44,371 nt of DNA from NCBI RefSeq assembly GCF_001194135.2, contig NC_068986.1, forward strand, positions 104,522,713 to 104,567,083. Direction: 5' to 3'. Positions 1 to 11,066 of the stretch are shown piece by piece. The notes under the pieces are model-generated. The model saw only the letters and a list, made by a program, of their open reading frames with translations, was not told where the DNA came from and ran no database searches. A program made the translations under genes and the position numbers. The DNA comes from Octopus bimaculoides (taxonomy: Eukaryota). Position 1 is the first letter of the stretch, and each line of letters begins with the position of its first letter.

Positions 1-330
1 ATATACACTCACACACAGACAAGAAAGGAAATCGGATAGGAGAAGTGGACGAAAAGAAGTAGAGATAACTAGACAAATGAGTGGATTTTATCATGAAAAT
101 AAAGAAAATAATTTGTCTCACTTAATAGATGTGTTTTGTAAAGATGTGTTATATCACGTCTGATGCTTGAACAGAGTCAGTTTCTACGAGATTTCATTAA
201 ATATAACGATGGCTCGGTGGAGAATGGTTGGCGAATGATAATGTGGGATGTTGAGAGTGTAATGCAAAAACATGGAGAGAATTGTGCACTGAGACGGAAG
301 ACCGTTCTGAGAATGTGATAATTATATATA

Positions 331-507
331 GGCAGTGGAGTGGTTGTAGTAAGAATCTTGGTTCCCAACCACATGGTTCCGGGTTCAGTCCAACTGCGTG
401 GCACCTTGGGCAAGTGTCTTCCACTATAGCCTCGCGCCGACCAAAGCCTTGTGAGTGGATTTGGTAGACGGAAAGTGAAAGAAGCCCGTCGTATATATAT
501 GTGCATG

Positions 508-541
<34 letters not shown>

Positions 542-747
542 TGTATGTATGTATGTATGTATGTACTTTTGTGCTTGTGCTTGTCCCCACCACCACCATT
601 GTTTGACAACCGATGTTGTTGTGTTTACATCCCCCGTTAGTTACTAGGCTTACAAAGAATAAGTCCTGGCGTCGATTCGGTCGACTAAAAGAGGTGCTCC
701 AGCATAGCCGCAATCAAATGACTGAAACAAGTGAAAGAATAAAAGAG
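331..747 (+). mobile_element. tRNA-derived CORE-type SINE (octopus OR-like), near full length, internal (GTAT)n
   Basis: Degenerate A box and B-box-like GGTTCAGTCC, CORE-like 'gcaccttgggcaagtgtctt', 3' part 'gctccagcatagccgcaatcaaatgactgaaacaagtgaaag'. Colinear with copies at 30166, 32405 and 36632. Family name is from memory. Confidence 0.85.
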
Positions 748-872
748 TGTATATATNNNNNNNNNNNNNNNNNNNNNNNNNNNNATATATATATAAAGCT
801 GCTCGTAGAATACGATCTGACATGTGAATAAAAATACATGTATACGCACACACACACACACAATTACATATG

Positions 873-1010
873 CAGGCGCAGTCGTGGTTGTTTGAAGAGA
901 CGTCAACTTCCAAACAGCATGGTTCCCGGTTCTGTCCTACTGTGTGGCACCTTGGTCAATTGTCTTGGACTATAGCCTCGGAGGGAACAAAGCCTTGGTT
1001 GACGGTAACT
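873..1010 (+). mobile_element. Degenerate 5' half of the same CORE-type SINE
   Basis: 'catggttcccggttctgtcctactgtgtggcaccttggtcaattgtctt..actatagcctcgg' aligns to the 331-747 copy. Confidence 0.6.
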
Positions 1011-1011
1011 G

Positions 1012-2245
1012 TGACCCCATATTGCTGAGGCAGCTGTAGCTAAATTTGACCATGTTCTAATTGAAATTTTTTTTGATTTGTGTTGACTGAGAAATTGCTT
1101 TCTTATAAGAAAAGGAAATTGTCTGGCAATTTGGTTTATAAGTTAATGCTTAAAGTGAGTTGAGCCATATTACATTTCCAGTTCTATTTTGAATTTCCCT
1201 GGTGTGGCCGATCTCTAAATATAGTTTTCGTTGATGAAGTGTTATAACGCAGGTGCGGATGACCTCTACTCAACTCTCACTTCCGACGACTCGACTCTAC
1301 CGAACTCGACGTTTAGTCTACCGACGCCTCCGTCCCGCTCTTCCGCTCTGCTCGACGCTTTTCGTCTAGCTATTTATACGTATTGGACAAGCCTACTTAT
1401 CGCCTGAGGGCGTCTACACAACGTGAAGCCACGTCATTTCAGCTCGTTATTGTTCCATTCGGCAGCTCCGTTGAATATTTCCCTATTGCATGACAGGCTG
1501 AAAATATGTCTGTTTATATTATCAACTATGTGCACAGTGATATTAAATGAATGTTTGGAGCATTTATTTATACAGATGCTATTTTCATTTGGCTTATGAT
1601 ATGGCCAGTGTAAGCTGCTGATTAGTTTGAGAGTCAAATCTAAAAATCTCACCGAGTTCCGGTTGGTCATGACTTACCTTGAGCTCGAACTGTTTAAAAT
1701 ACTTATTAATGACATTATTTACTTTATCCATACCCTAGCCCGATACGTTTTCGGTTAGATAGAACCCATCATCACAATATAGTCCTAAGCCAATGCTTGT
1801 TAATTTATCCTCAACTTTGTTCAGCAAGAACAGTCCAACAAAACCTGCTATTACGGCACCATCAAAACTACCCTTGGAGACGTCAATTGGCTCATCTCTA
1901 TTCTTCTTCACCCAAAAACGAGTAATCATAAAATAACTGACTTTTTGACTCTAAGAAGAATGTTGATGTTTAATTCCGCGATAGCCGTGTAATTGTTACT
2001 GAATTCAAGCGCTTGGAGTAGAAGGTTCGGTAGTTGGATGGGTATATTTCTACACTGTCAAATTGTATAAAATTATGACCATGTTTATTTTCGATGCTAT
2101 TGATCCAACTGATGGTATCGCTGCTACAATTTCATTGTTTGAGATCCTTGGACAATCTGATCTTGGCATTAATATTGTCGAGTATCCAATTACTGATCCG
2201 CTCTAATTTACTCTTCATAGGATTAATGAGTTTACACTTCAAGTT
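1012..2245 (-). mobile_element. Penelope-like element (PLE) reverse transcriptase remnant with frameshifts and stops
   Basis: Minus-strand translation across frames: KCKLINPMKSKLERIS.WILDNIN; FIQFDSVEIYPS; IDVSKGSFDGAVIAGFVGLFLLNK; GLYCDDG (YxDD at 1768-1779); RFLDLTL; PYHKPNE..CINKCSKH; NVIWLN; VKFSYSCLSNM. This is the motif order of PLE RT, thumb and linker. Confidence 0.85.
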
Positions 2246-2499
2246 CCTCTCCGTTCTTTCCATCTCCCTTTTCTCCTCTTCCTTTTCCCTTTCCCCCTTC
2301 TTTCTGTTAACCTTCACTGTTCTTTACATTTTCTTCCTATTACTCTCTTCCTTTCCAGTTTTTCCTCCCACTTTCCTCTTCATGCCTTCTCGTTTGCTTT
2401 TACTCTCCCCCCTCTCTCTCTCTCCTTTATCGTACTTTTTCCCCACAATAACACCCTATATCTAAAAAAAACTATAACTATATAAACATGCAAATCCTA

Positions 2500-3030
2500 T
2501 CAATTCTCCAGTAACAGCCTATCTCAAGATCCTGTGTCTCTTCAGGCGAAACTCAGAGTGGGAAAAGTTTAACCAAAGAAATCTCGAATCCTAACGAGGC
2601 TGGGAACTGCAGATTTGTCTTCATTGAAAAATTCAAGTTTTCAAAGAGCTGTTTAAACTAATGCCAAGAAGATCCGGGTTATCGTCTCTCTGCCGACATA
2701 GGATCATATCTCCAGAACCTCCTTCCAGAGGTTCCACCCAAATTTCTTACCCCGAATCCCATAATCCCATAAACATTGCAAGAGATTAATTTGAAGGGGG
2801 AAAAAAACGATTTTTTTCTGAGAACCCAAAATATCCTCGACGAACCTCCTCAAAAAATCCATGTAGCATGGAGTTCGACTGACAGAATGCAGCAATGTGT
2901 ATACTATAAGGCCTAAATTCGTAAGTTAGTAGAACTGTACGGCGGTGAGGTCGGCTCATCAAATTTCTGACATGGAGTAACACCAGTATATTTCACCGGC
3001 ATGTGGGATTCCCTGACAAACAGTTTCCTC
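2500..3030 (-). mobile_element. Probable PLE 3' remnant (linker/GIY-YIG region) followed by a decayed hammerhead-like pLTR segment
   Basis: Weak motifs RNLMSRPHRRTVL, RGYFGFSEK, LWDYGIRGKKFGWN and LFEKLEFF (needs a 1-nt frameshift). Then on the minus strand CTGAAGA-gacacaggatctt-GAGA-taggctgt near 2510-2543, which resembles CUGANGA..GAAA-cagcugu with core mutations. Confidence 0.4.
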
Positions 3031-3439
3031 TTAGAAAAAAAAAAGAAAAGAAAAATAACTGATTTAAAGATTTTTCAGTTCCCTTCTTGTACGCTCAGAT
3101 GAGCTGCCCTTCATTTGATAGCACTTATTAAGAAAATTTCCAGCTAAATCTCTATTGCCAACGACCGTTGCTCTCTGTCATGGTTCTATTTATTTCTAAA
3201 CAGAAGCTTCCAGTACATTCAGACTTGATTCTGTCGACAGATTCTTTTACGCTGCCCAATTTCATGTATTTGAAGATATTGTGGGAGCGATAGAACTACG
3301 CAATGAAACTAATAATGTCGCTAAGAAATGGTTAATAATTGTCAAAGTATAATCATACCTGATTTTTCACACAATAGTTTTGGAGGATTGTTGTGGGTCC
3401 GTTATTCCATGGGCCTCATTTATGTGCATCAATGGATTA

Positions 3440-3708
3440 ACCTGATAGAGTATTAGTGTGAGACGACCAGCGTATTAGTAGAGATAACTTATATACTGTC
3501 TAGTATATGAGGAAGTTTGATGCCGCTGCTCTGATCTGTATTTCCTGCCATGAGGTAGGCTCGTCTGGAACCCTTGACATTTAGAGATCCAGTTTTGTTT
3601 TAAAGACACTTACGCAGGTTTCTCAGGCATTTTGGAAGGATATCGAAGAGATGTGGGCTCTTGAAACCCAAGCTCCTGTAATTTGATGGCGATGCTGGGA
3701 TATTTGAC

Positions 3709-3712
<4 letters not shown>
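3440..3712 (-). mobile_element. CR1/L2-type LINE 3' end (ORF2 C-terminus)
   Basis: Minus translation IVSNIPASPSNYRSLGFKSPHLFDILPKCLRNL, frameshift, VFKTKLDL*MSRVPDEPTSWQEIQIRAAASN. Matches the 'LFN.LP..LR...FK..LD.FL..VPDEP..RAA.SNS' tail of CR1/L2-group ORF2. Confidence 0.7.
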
Positions 3713-3749
<37 letters not shown>

Positions 3750-4315
3750 GAATTTACTAGAATCTAGGCACACCAATACGTAGAATGCCAGAAATGGCTA
3801 GGTATAATAACATTTGGCTCACAGCGATGTAAAGATACCATGAAAGTATCATGTGTTGGTAGGATACTACAGATATGTAAGTACCAAATGTAATCTAAAG
3901 TGTCGATCAGATTCAGGGCTGGTCCTATGTGCGGCGTAGGTGTAAAAACATCTCGGATGGTGTCTAGAATTGTAGACCCCTATGCGTTCTTATATATATC
4001 GAACACACATATAAAATTGAAGTGTTTTGCTAGTTCGTTGGTCCGCTGCACTTATAGACGCAAGAGAATATATTTTCATCAATGCGCCTGGTGTTAAACA
4101 CCTGGAAGTCATAGACAAACAAGATAACTCGCATCAGGTTCCATTCAGAAACGATAGACAATGATGTTTCATCTTTTTGAGACTTGTCAACACTATGTAC
4201 TCGAAGAAGGGCCGATGAAAGCATCACCCTCTATGATTACATGCAAAATAGCGTAAGAACTATCTGCTGGTATGTTTCAAGTTTTGATGGCACGGAAAAT
4301 GTTCAAATCTATGTA

Positions 4316-4384
<69 letters not shown>

Positions 4385-4489
4385 NNNNNNNNNNNNNNNN
4401 NNNNNNNNNNNNNNNNNNNNNNNNNNNNNNNNNNNNNNNNNNNNNNNNNNNNNNNNNNNNNNNNNNNNNNNNNNNNNNNNNNNNNNNNN

Positions 4490-4539
<50 letters not shown>

Positions 4540-4621
4540 TAAATACATATATACATATGTATGTACATACGTACATACATACATACATACATACATACAT
4601 ACATACATACATACTTTCATC

Positions 4622-5590
4622 TCTATCCGAGATGATAGCAATATTGATCCTCAGAGCAGTCTATCATGGACCAATAGCTGGATTACTACCTCCCACTTTG
4701 AAGAGTATGCGTTTGCAACCCAGGAACAGGAAATATCAACGAAATACGTCATGCGCAAAACGGACAGAGATGCAGGAGAATCAGTAAAATGTGATAGCCG
4801 ATGCAAACTTTGTTGAGCTAACACCGAAGATATCACTCACATCATAAGCAGTTGTCCGAAAATGTCACCACCAGGTATGTTGTTGTAGCAAGGACACTCT
4901 ATAACGAGATCCATCGAAAGGTTAACCCCGAGAACAAAGAAATAAGAGCCTACAGTATGATGGAAGCAATAGTCTCTCATAATAAAAGGGAATACTGGTG
5001 GAACGTCCCAGTGAAGACCTGAATAAAATTTAAGCACAACAGACCTGATATAATGATTTGAGATAGGGAAGAGAAACTATGTAGTGTTGTAGACATCATC
5101 TGCCCAGCGGATGTCAGCATAAAGCTGAAGATCAGTGAAAAAGAGAAAAATCTACGCTGAACTACTTAGAAATCTGAAGTTATTCTATTCAGATTACAAA
5201 CTCAGGTTTATACCTGTAATTATTGGAGTCCTGGGATATGTAACACACTGCCTAAATACTGATCTTGAGAAATTAAGCTTCTCAAAACCAGAAAGGAGAG
5301 AGGTGATTCGCAGACTACTTTTCCAAGCCATCACTGGAACCATAAAAACCTGTAAAACTTTCAGAAGTTTATTATGTAAGTATATCTGAGCATGTCTAGA
5401 CATGCAACTATATGCATGAGAACACATACATGAAATAAAACATACGAATCTGCACGTATACATACATACATGCATACATACAAGCAGATGTACAAAAATA
5501 CCCTGTTGATGTTGAAATTCCAATGAAGGAGCCTTTGATCTAGGTTAGAAACTGGTTCTTTCTCTATTGGCAAGAAATAGAACGTGAATA
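4622..5590 (+). mobile_element. R4/Dong-type non-LTR retrotransposon 3' half (restriction-like endonuclease), 5'-truncated, pseudogenised
   Basis: [19 protein letters not shown]; zinc knuckle CKLC*ANTEDITHIISSC; WWNVPVKT; KHNRPDIMI*D...SVVDIICPAD (PD..D nuclease); FIPVIIGVLG; then a 3' UTR ending near 'gtgaataaaa'. Several stops and frameshifts. Confidence 0.85.
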
Positions 5591-5861
5591 AAACTGTGCA
5601 AAATCACGGAAAGAATTGCACGAAACACCCGCGCATACCTACAAGCATTAAGTTTCTGTGGAAAATCAATTGTTTCCAAACACTGAAACGGACGTAGGGG
5701 ACTCATTGTTAATATGCCTCTTATAATACAACCATATTTACTTTAGCAGCCTCAACAATATTATATTGATTGAAAGTGATATGCATAGATACTTACACAC
5801 ACATACACACAAACACACGCACACACACATACACACATACGCACACACATATACACACACA

Positions 5862-6561
5862 CAGAGCCACTTGCTCAACTGCACCCCACACATAATAATC
5901 AAGGGGGTTGCAGTCTGGGGAGTTAGGTGACCAGATGTAAGGGGTGATGTAGTCGCAAAAATCGTTCGCACAGCCATGACTGGGTTCTCCTGTTTGTGTG
6001 GCATGTTGCAGAGTCCTGTTGCCAGCCGTAAGGTCTTCCAGCAGCCACTCTTTTGACCCAGGGCAGCACTACCACTTCCAAGCACTTCATGTAGGCATCC
6101 ATGTTGAGTCTGAGGCCGAATGGGAAAAAGAATGGAGGCATAACGTCTCCATCAGTAGCGATGAATGGAGGCATAACGTCTCCATCAGTAGCGATGAATG
6201 GAGGCATAACGTCTCCATCAGTAGCGATGAATGGAGGCATAACGTCTCCAAACACCATAATGCTGACTGGATGTTTGATTTTTTATCATTCTCGGTCCAT
6301 GTCCTCAGATTATTCTCTGAACAGACTGACACCCAAACACTCTGGAATGTTCGTATTGGGAGCATCCGGCGCGAATGCCAAGCAGCACGGTATATCGTTT
6401 CCAAATTTCTGACAGAATGAAATGTGTCATGATGCTGTTTTTGTCACAGACGGTGCTCGACTAACCCTACTATATTGTGTTGTCGACAAAGTAAAAAACA
6501 AACAATGCACATAAGCAAAATAAAAAATATGATATGGCGACAATTTACTCATCGCACACTG
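5862..6561 (-). mobile_element. Internally deleted DD37D (maT) Tc1/mariner element: left end, transposase N-terminus and catalytic fragment
   Basis: N-terminus MTHFILSEIWKRYTVLLGIRAG joined to IKHPVSIMVFG..DGDVMPPF.FPFGLRLNMDAYMKCLE.VVLPWVKRVAAGRPYGWQQDSA..SPDCNPLDYYVWG. After one frameshift, 37 residues separate the last two Asp. TIR-like end 'atggcgacaatttactcatcgcacactg' at 6534-6561. Confidence 0.85.
6130..6250. repeat. 33-bp tandem repeat x3.7 inside the transposase
   Basis: Unit gaatggaggcataacgtctccatcagtagcgat at 6130, 6163, 6196 and a partial copy at 6229. Confidence 0.95.
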
Positions 6562-6606
6562 TGTGTGTGTGTGTGTATGTATATATNNNNNNNNNNTTTT
6601 TTGTTC

Positions 6607-6745
6607 TATGTGCGCCATAAATATCGCCATCCATTTAGAGAAAAATTTGTAGTTTACAATCAATAGTTTTTTGACTGCTATTTCTAAATTTTCAGTATGT
6701 TGGAGAAGCAACTCAATGCTAATCCCTGTATATTTACGATGATAT
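6607..6745. mobile_element. Terminal segment of a DNA transposon, probably the other end of the DD37D family
   Basis: Begins 'tatgtgcgccataaatatcgccat', which resembles the TIR at 6534-6561. About 90% identical to 12160-12287. Confidence 0.55.
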
Positions 6746-8571
6746 ATATATATATATATATATATATGTCTTTGTGTAAAGTGTATAGTTTGTGTGTGGA
6801 TTGCGTACATACACGCATCTTTGAAATAATTTCGATCACGTGTTGTGTTCTTTTGTACATAGTGATAACAATGATTGTATATGATATAAAATTCACATTG
6901 TGTTTATATAATGATAGACTAGTGTTGTATAAGCACACTGTTGAACAGGGTAGTCGCTATCGTTGTATATGAAGTAATAAATGCGTTTATGATAGAAATG
7001 ACATCAACATAGCGAAGAAATAACTTTCTGTTTCTTACAAATAAAAGCTACAGCGTTGAACAAAGAAAAAAACTGAAAGAAAAATAACAAAAATAAACAA
7101 GCAAAAACAATATCGGAATTTAGGATTTTATGTATTTTTTAATATCTAAATTATTATATTGTTATCGATATTAATGTGAGGAAACACTGGAGGAAATGAC
7201 ACTAGGACAGCAGCTCGGGTATTAAAATGACGGAAAGTACGAAATAAAACCCATTCGATTTTACACTTAAGCTTGCTAATAGAATCAAAACGAATAGAGA
7301 ACAAAAATGAATAAAATAAAATAAAAAATTGTGTACGGATTATTAAGGGTAGACATTAAAAAATATAAACAAAAATTAAGAAATATACGAAGAGCAATAA
7401 CAATAAAAAAAAAGAGAAACACGAAATGAAAAAAAAAAAATAAAATGAAAATTTTTTTCAAAAAAAAAAAAAATCATGCAAAACAAATGCCAAGCAATTC
7501 AGCAAATTTCGAAGTGCTGGTAGTCAGCTTACAACAGCTCTGTATTGGCAAATAAAAACATTTTCTGATGAGTTAGTTGTTAAGTGGTTTTCAACATCAT
7601 CTAAAGGACTCTATACAGTGCTANNNNNNNNNNNNNNNNNNNNNNNNNNNNNNNNNNNNNNNNNNNNNNNNNNNNNNNNNNNNNNNNNNNNNNNNNNNNN
7701 NNNNNNNNNNNNNNNNNNNNNNNNNNNNNNNNNNNNNNNNNNNNNNNNNNNNNNNNNNNNNNNNNNNNNNNNNNNNNNNNNNNNNNNNNNNNNNNNNNNN
7801 NNNNNNNNNNNNNNNNNNNNNNNNNNNNNNNNNNNNNNNNNNNNNNNNNNNNNNNNNNNNNNNNNNNNNNNNNNNNNNNNNNNNNNNNNNNNNNNNNNNN
7901 NNNNNNNNNNNNNNNNNNNNNNNNNNNNNNNNNNNNNNNNNNNNNNNNNNNNNNNNNNNNNNNNNNNNNNNNNNNNNNNNNNNNNNNNNNNNNNNNNNNN
8001 NNNNNNNNNNNNNNNNNNNNNNNNNNNNNNNNNNNNNNNNNNNNNNNNNNNNNNNNNNNNNNNNNNNNNNNNNNNNNNNNNNNNNNNNNNNNNNNNNNNN
8101 NNNNNNNNNNNNNNNNNNNNNNNNNNNNNNNNNNNNNNNNNNNNNNNNNNNNNNNNNNNNNNNNNNNNNNNNNNNNNNNNNNNNNNNNNNNNNNNNNNNN
8201 NNNNNNNNNNNNNNNNNNNNNNNNNNNNNNNNNNNNNNNNNNNNNNNNNNNNNNNNNNNNNNNNNNNNNNNNNNNNNNNNNNNNNNNNNNNNNNNNNNNN
8301 NNNNNNNNNNNNNNNNNNNNNNNNNNNNNNNNNNNNNNNNNNNNNNNNNNNNNNNNNNNNNNNNNNNNNNNNNNNNNNNNNNNNNNNNNNNNNNNNNNNN
8401 NNNNNNNNNNNNNNNNNNNNNNNNNNNNNNNNNNNNNNNNNNNNNNNNNNNNNNNNNNNNNNNNNNNNNNNNNNNNNNNNNNNNNNNNNNNNNNNNNNNN
8501 NNNNNNNNNNNNNNNNNNNNNNNNNNNNNNNNNNNNNNNNNNNNNNNNNNNNNNNNNNNNNNNNNNNNNNN

Positions 8572-8625
<54 letters not shown>
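8572..8625. repeat. (GAAA)n microsatellite at gap edge
   Basis: Direct reading. Confidence 0.95.
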
Positions 8626-8997
8626 GAAAAATGAAGAAGGAAGAGAAGAAAAGCTGCATACGTTTAAATACCGTTTTTTTTTTTCATATTTGCTTTTATC
8701 GGAGGAGAGGGCGGGGTGAAAACCCAACTAAACAACCAACCAATCGCCAAACACCACGAAACACGCTCTTCTTCCACACACATACATATACACATGTATA
8801 TATATATATATATATATATGTACATACTTGTTGTGTGTATGTGTGTGTGTGTGTGTGCGTGTGTGTGTTACGTTATTAATCTCTACATAATTTCTCAGAA
8901 AGTAAAACACACAAAACGATATCCATAAAAATATGTACCCGTAAGAGTTTTTATACGTGGGTATTGGAGAGCGAGACGAAGTATAAAATACGAAGTC

Positions 8998-9118
8998 AAT
9001 GATGACGATGATGACGACGATGACGATGATGATGATGATGAAGATGACGACGATGATGATGATGATGATGATGATGACGACGACCACAGCAACGACGATG
9101 ATGACGATGATGATGACA
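8998..9118. repeat. Imperfect (GAT/GAC)n microsatellite
   Basis: Direct reading. Confidence 0.9.
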
Positions 9119-9650
9119 AATATGTTAACTGACAAGGGCAACGGCGAAAAATCAGAGAAAAGCAAAAATGACGGGGTGGAAAAAAAAAAAAAAATATGGA
9201 CGATAAAATAAAAATAAAACTGAGCGGTACGGAATTAAAGGGACGTAACCCATAAAAGTAATGTCATGTCTAAATATGTAACAGAACCAACAGTCGTAAT
9301 ATCAGTATAATTAATTGTCGATAGAGCAAATATTTCATCTATAATTAAACACTTCTAAAGGTTTAACCTGCCGCACATATTATCCTCATGTTGGTAAAGG
9401 TCTTCTCCAGTCTTTTTCATTTATATTGATGGCGTTTTTTAAATGTTGCTTTTTAAAAATAACATTTTGTCACTTCTGAGCTTTCGTGAATTAATATAAA
9501 AAACCTTTCCCCGTACATCTCAGTTCATCTTACTCCACCCCGCCTCGCTTCTCTTGTCTTTCTGCTTTACTTATTTCCTCTTCATCAATGAACAAAACTT
9601 TCTGATGCGGTTACTGAAAGGAAGCCGTAAAATGTTGCGCCAACCGAAAA

Positions 9651-9712
<62 letters not shown>

Positions 9713-10070
9713 NNNNNNNNNNNNNNNNNNNNNNNNNNNNNNNNNNNNNNNNNNNNNNNNNNNNNNNNNNNNNNNNNNNNNNNNNNNNNNNNNNNNNNNN
9801 NNNNNNNNNNNNNNNNNNNNNNNNNNNNNNNNNNNNNNNNNNNNNNNNNNNNNNNNNNNNNNNNNNNNNNNNNNNNNNNNNNNNNNNNNNNNNNNNNNNN
9901 NNNNNNNNNNNNNNNNNNNNNNNNNNNNNNNNNNNNNNNNNGGTGGACAATATATTTGGTTATTATTCCTTTCGAGACGTTGCGTTCAGAGTTCAGATCC
10001 CGCCAAGGTAAATTCGACATTTCCTCCTCCCTTGTACTTATTAACTTATCATTATCCAATAAAGTGTAGA

Positions 10071-10460
10071 GGCGCAATGGCCTAGTGGTTAGGGCAGCAG
10101 ACTCGTGGTCGTAGGATCGCGGTTTCGATTCTCAGACCGGGCGTTGTGAGTGTTTATTGAGCGAAAACACCTAAAGCTCCACAAGGCTCTGGCAGGGGAT
10201 GGTGGCGAACCCTGCTGTACTCTTTCACCACAACTTTCTCTCACTCTTTCTTCTTGTTTCTGTTGTACCTGTATATCCCCGAGAACTGTTGTACGCTGAA
10301 TATCCCCGAGAACTGTTGTACGCTGAATATCCCCGAGAACTACGTTAAGGGTACACGTGTCTGTGGAGTGTTCAGCCACTTTCACGTTAATTTCCCAAGC
10401 AGGCTGTTCCTTTGATCGGATCAACTGGAACCCACGTCGTCGTAACCGACGGAGTGCCAA
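10071..10460 (+). mobile_element. Second tRNA-derived SINE family, full length, with an internal 27-bp amplification
   Basis: A box TGGCCTAGTGG (10078-10088), B box GGTTTCGATTC (10121-10131), tail 'cgtcgtcgtaaccgacggagtgcca'. Related 3' fragment at 42314-42432. Confidence 0.85.
10274..10341. repeat. 27-bp tandem repeat x2.5
   Basis: tatccccgagaactgttgtacgctgaa at 10274 and 10301, partial at 10328. Confidence 0.95.
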
Positions 10461-10474
10461 GTAAACATAATCTT

Positions 10475-10670
10475 AAGCCGGTGATCTGGCAGAATCGTTA
10501 GCACGCATTTCGCCCATCACTACGTTCTGAGTTCAAATTCCGCCGAGGTCGACTTTACCTTTCATCCTTTCGGTATCGTTAAATTAAATAGCAGTAGAGA
10601 ACTGCGGTCGATGTAATCGACTATCCCTCTCCACGAAATTTCAGGCCTTATACCTATAATAGCAAAATAT
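10475..10670 (+). mobile_element. OK-type tRNA-derived SINE
   Basis: 'ctggcagaatcgttagcacg..acgttctgagttcaaattccgccgaggtcgactttacctttcatcctttcggtatcgttaaattaa'. Same family as 25045-25556 and 33245-33765. Confidence 0.75.
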
Positions 10671-11066
10671 TAGCAGAATCTTTATTGTGAAGAACGAAAT
10701 ATCTTGCTGCGTTTACCTTCAACGCATTACTCTCCGCGTTCAAAATGTACCAGCGTCAAATCATCATTTGATCCGCCGCGAGTGAGTATGGCTGATTAAA
10801 ACATATCTGTGAAATACCATAAGGGACTTTACTTATAGATATTAGTATTACTCAGATTTATATGAATTCAGAAAGAGTGTCTGATAAACTTGGGTGTTCT
10901 TAATCGAATGAGTAACGGCCGTAGTTATTATATTAGCTTGGAATGATATAGTAAGGGACCTATGCCCGATAGAAGGAAAAGGGATAAGTTATTTATTTTT
11001 GTTAGACCGGACAGGTTTTAACTTGAGTCATTGAGTAAAACATACACAAGCAAAGGCATATACGTA

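Noticed and set aside
143-320. About 58-codon open frame (..QSQFLRDFIKYNDGSVENGWRMIMWDVESVMQKHG..) after a possible acceptor
   Set aside because: No convincing donor, no recognised homology, and the length is reachable by chance.
3750-4310. Possible decayed RLE-LINE tail (plus strand, 3750-3900) and mariner catalytic fragment (minus strand, 3950-4310)
   Set aside because: Only vague motif echoes that need several assumed frameshifts; a profile search is required.
8709-8745. GC box GGGCGGGG plus CCAAT box about 25 bp apart
   Set aside because: Short motifs with no CpG island, no downstream exon and no other promoter evidence.
10071-10140. tRNA-like sequence with A and B boxes
   Set aside because: No closed cloverleaf or acceptor stem, and it continues into a SINE body; the same applies to the other SINE heads.
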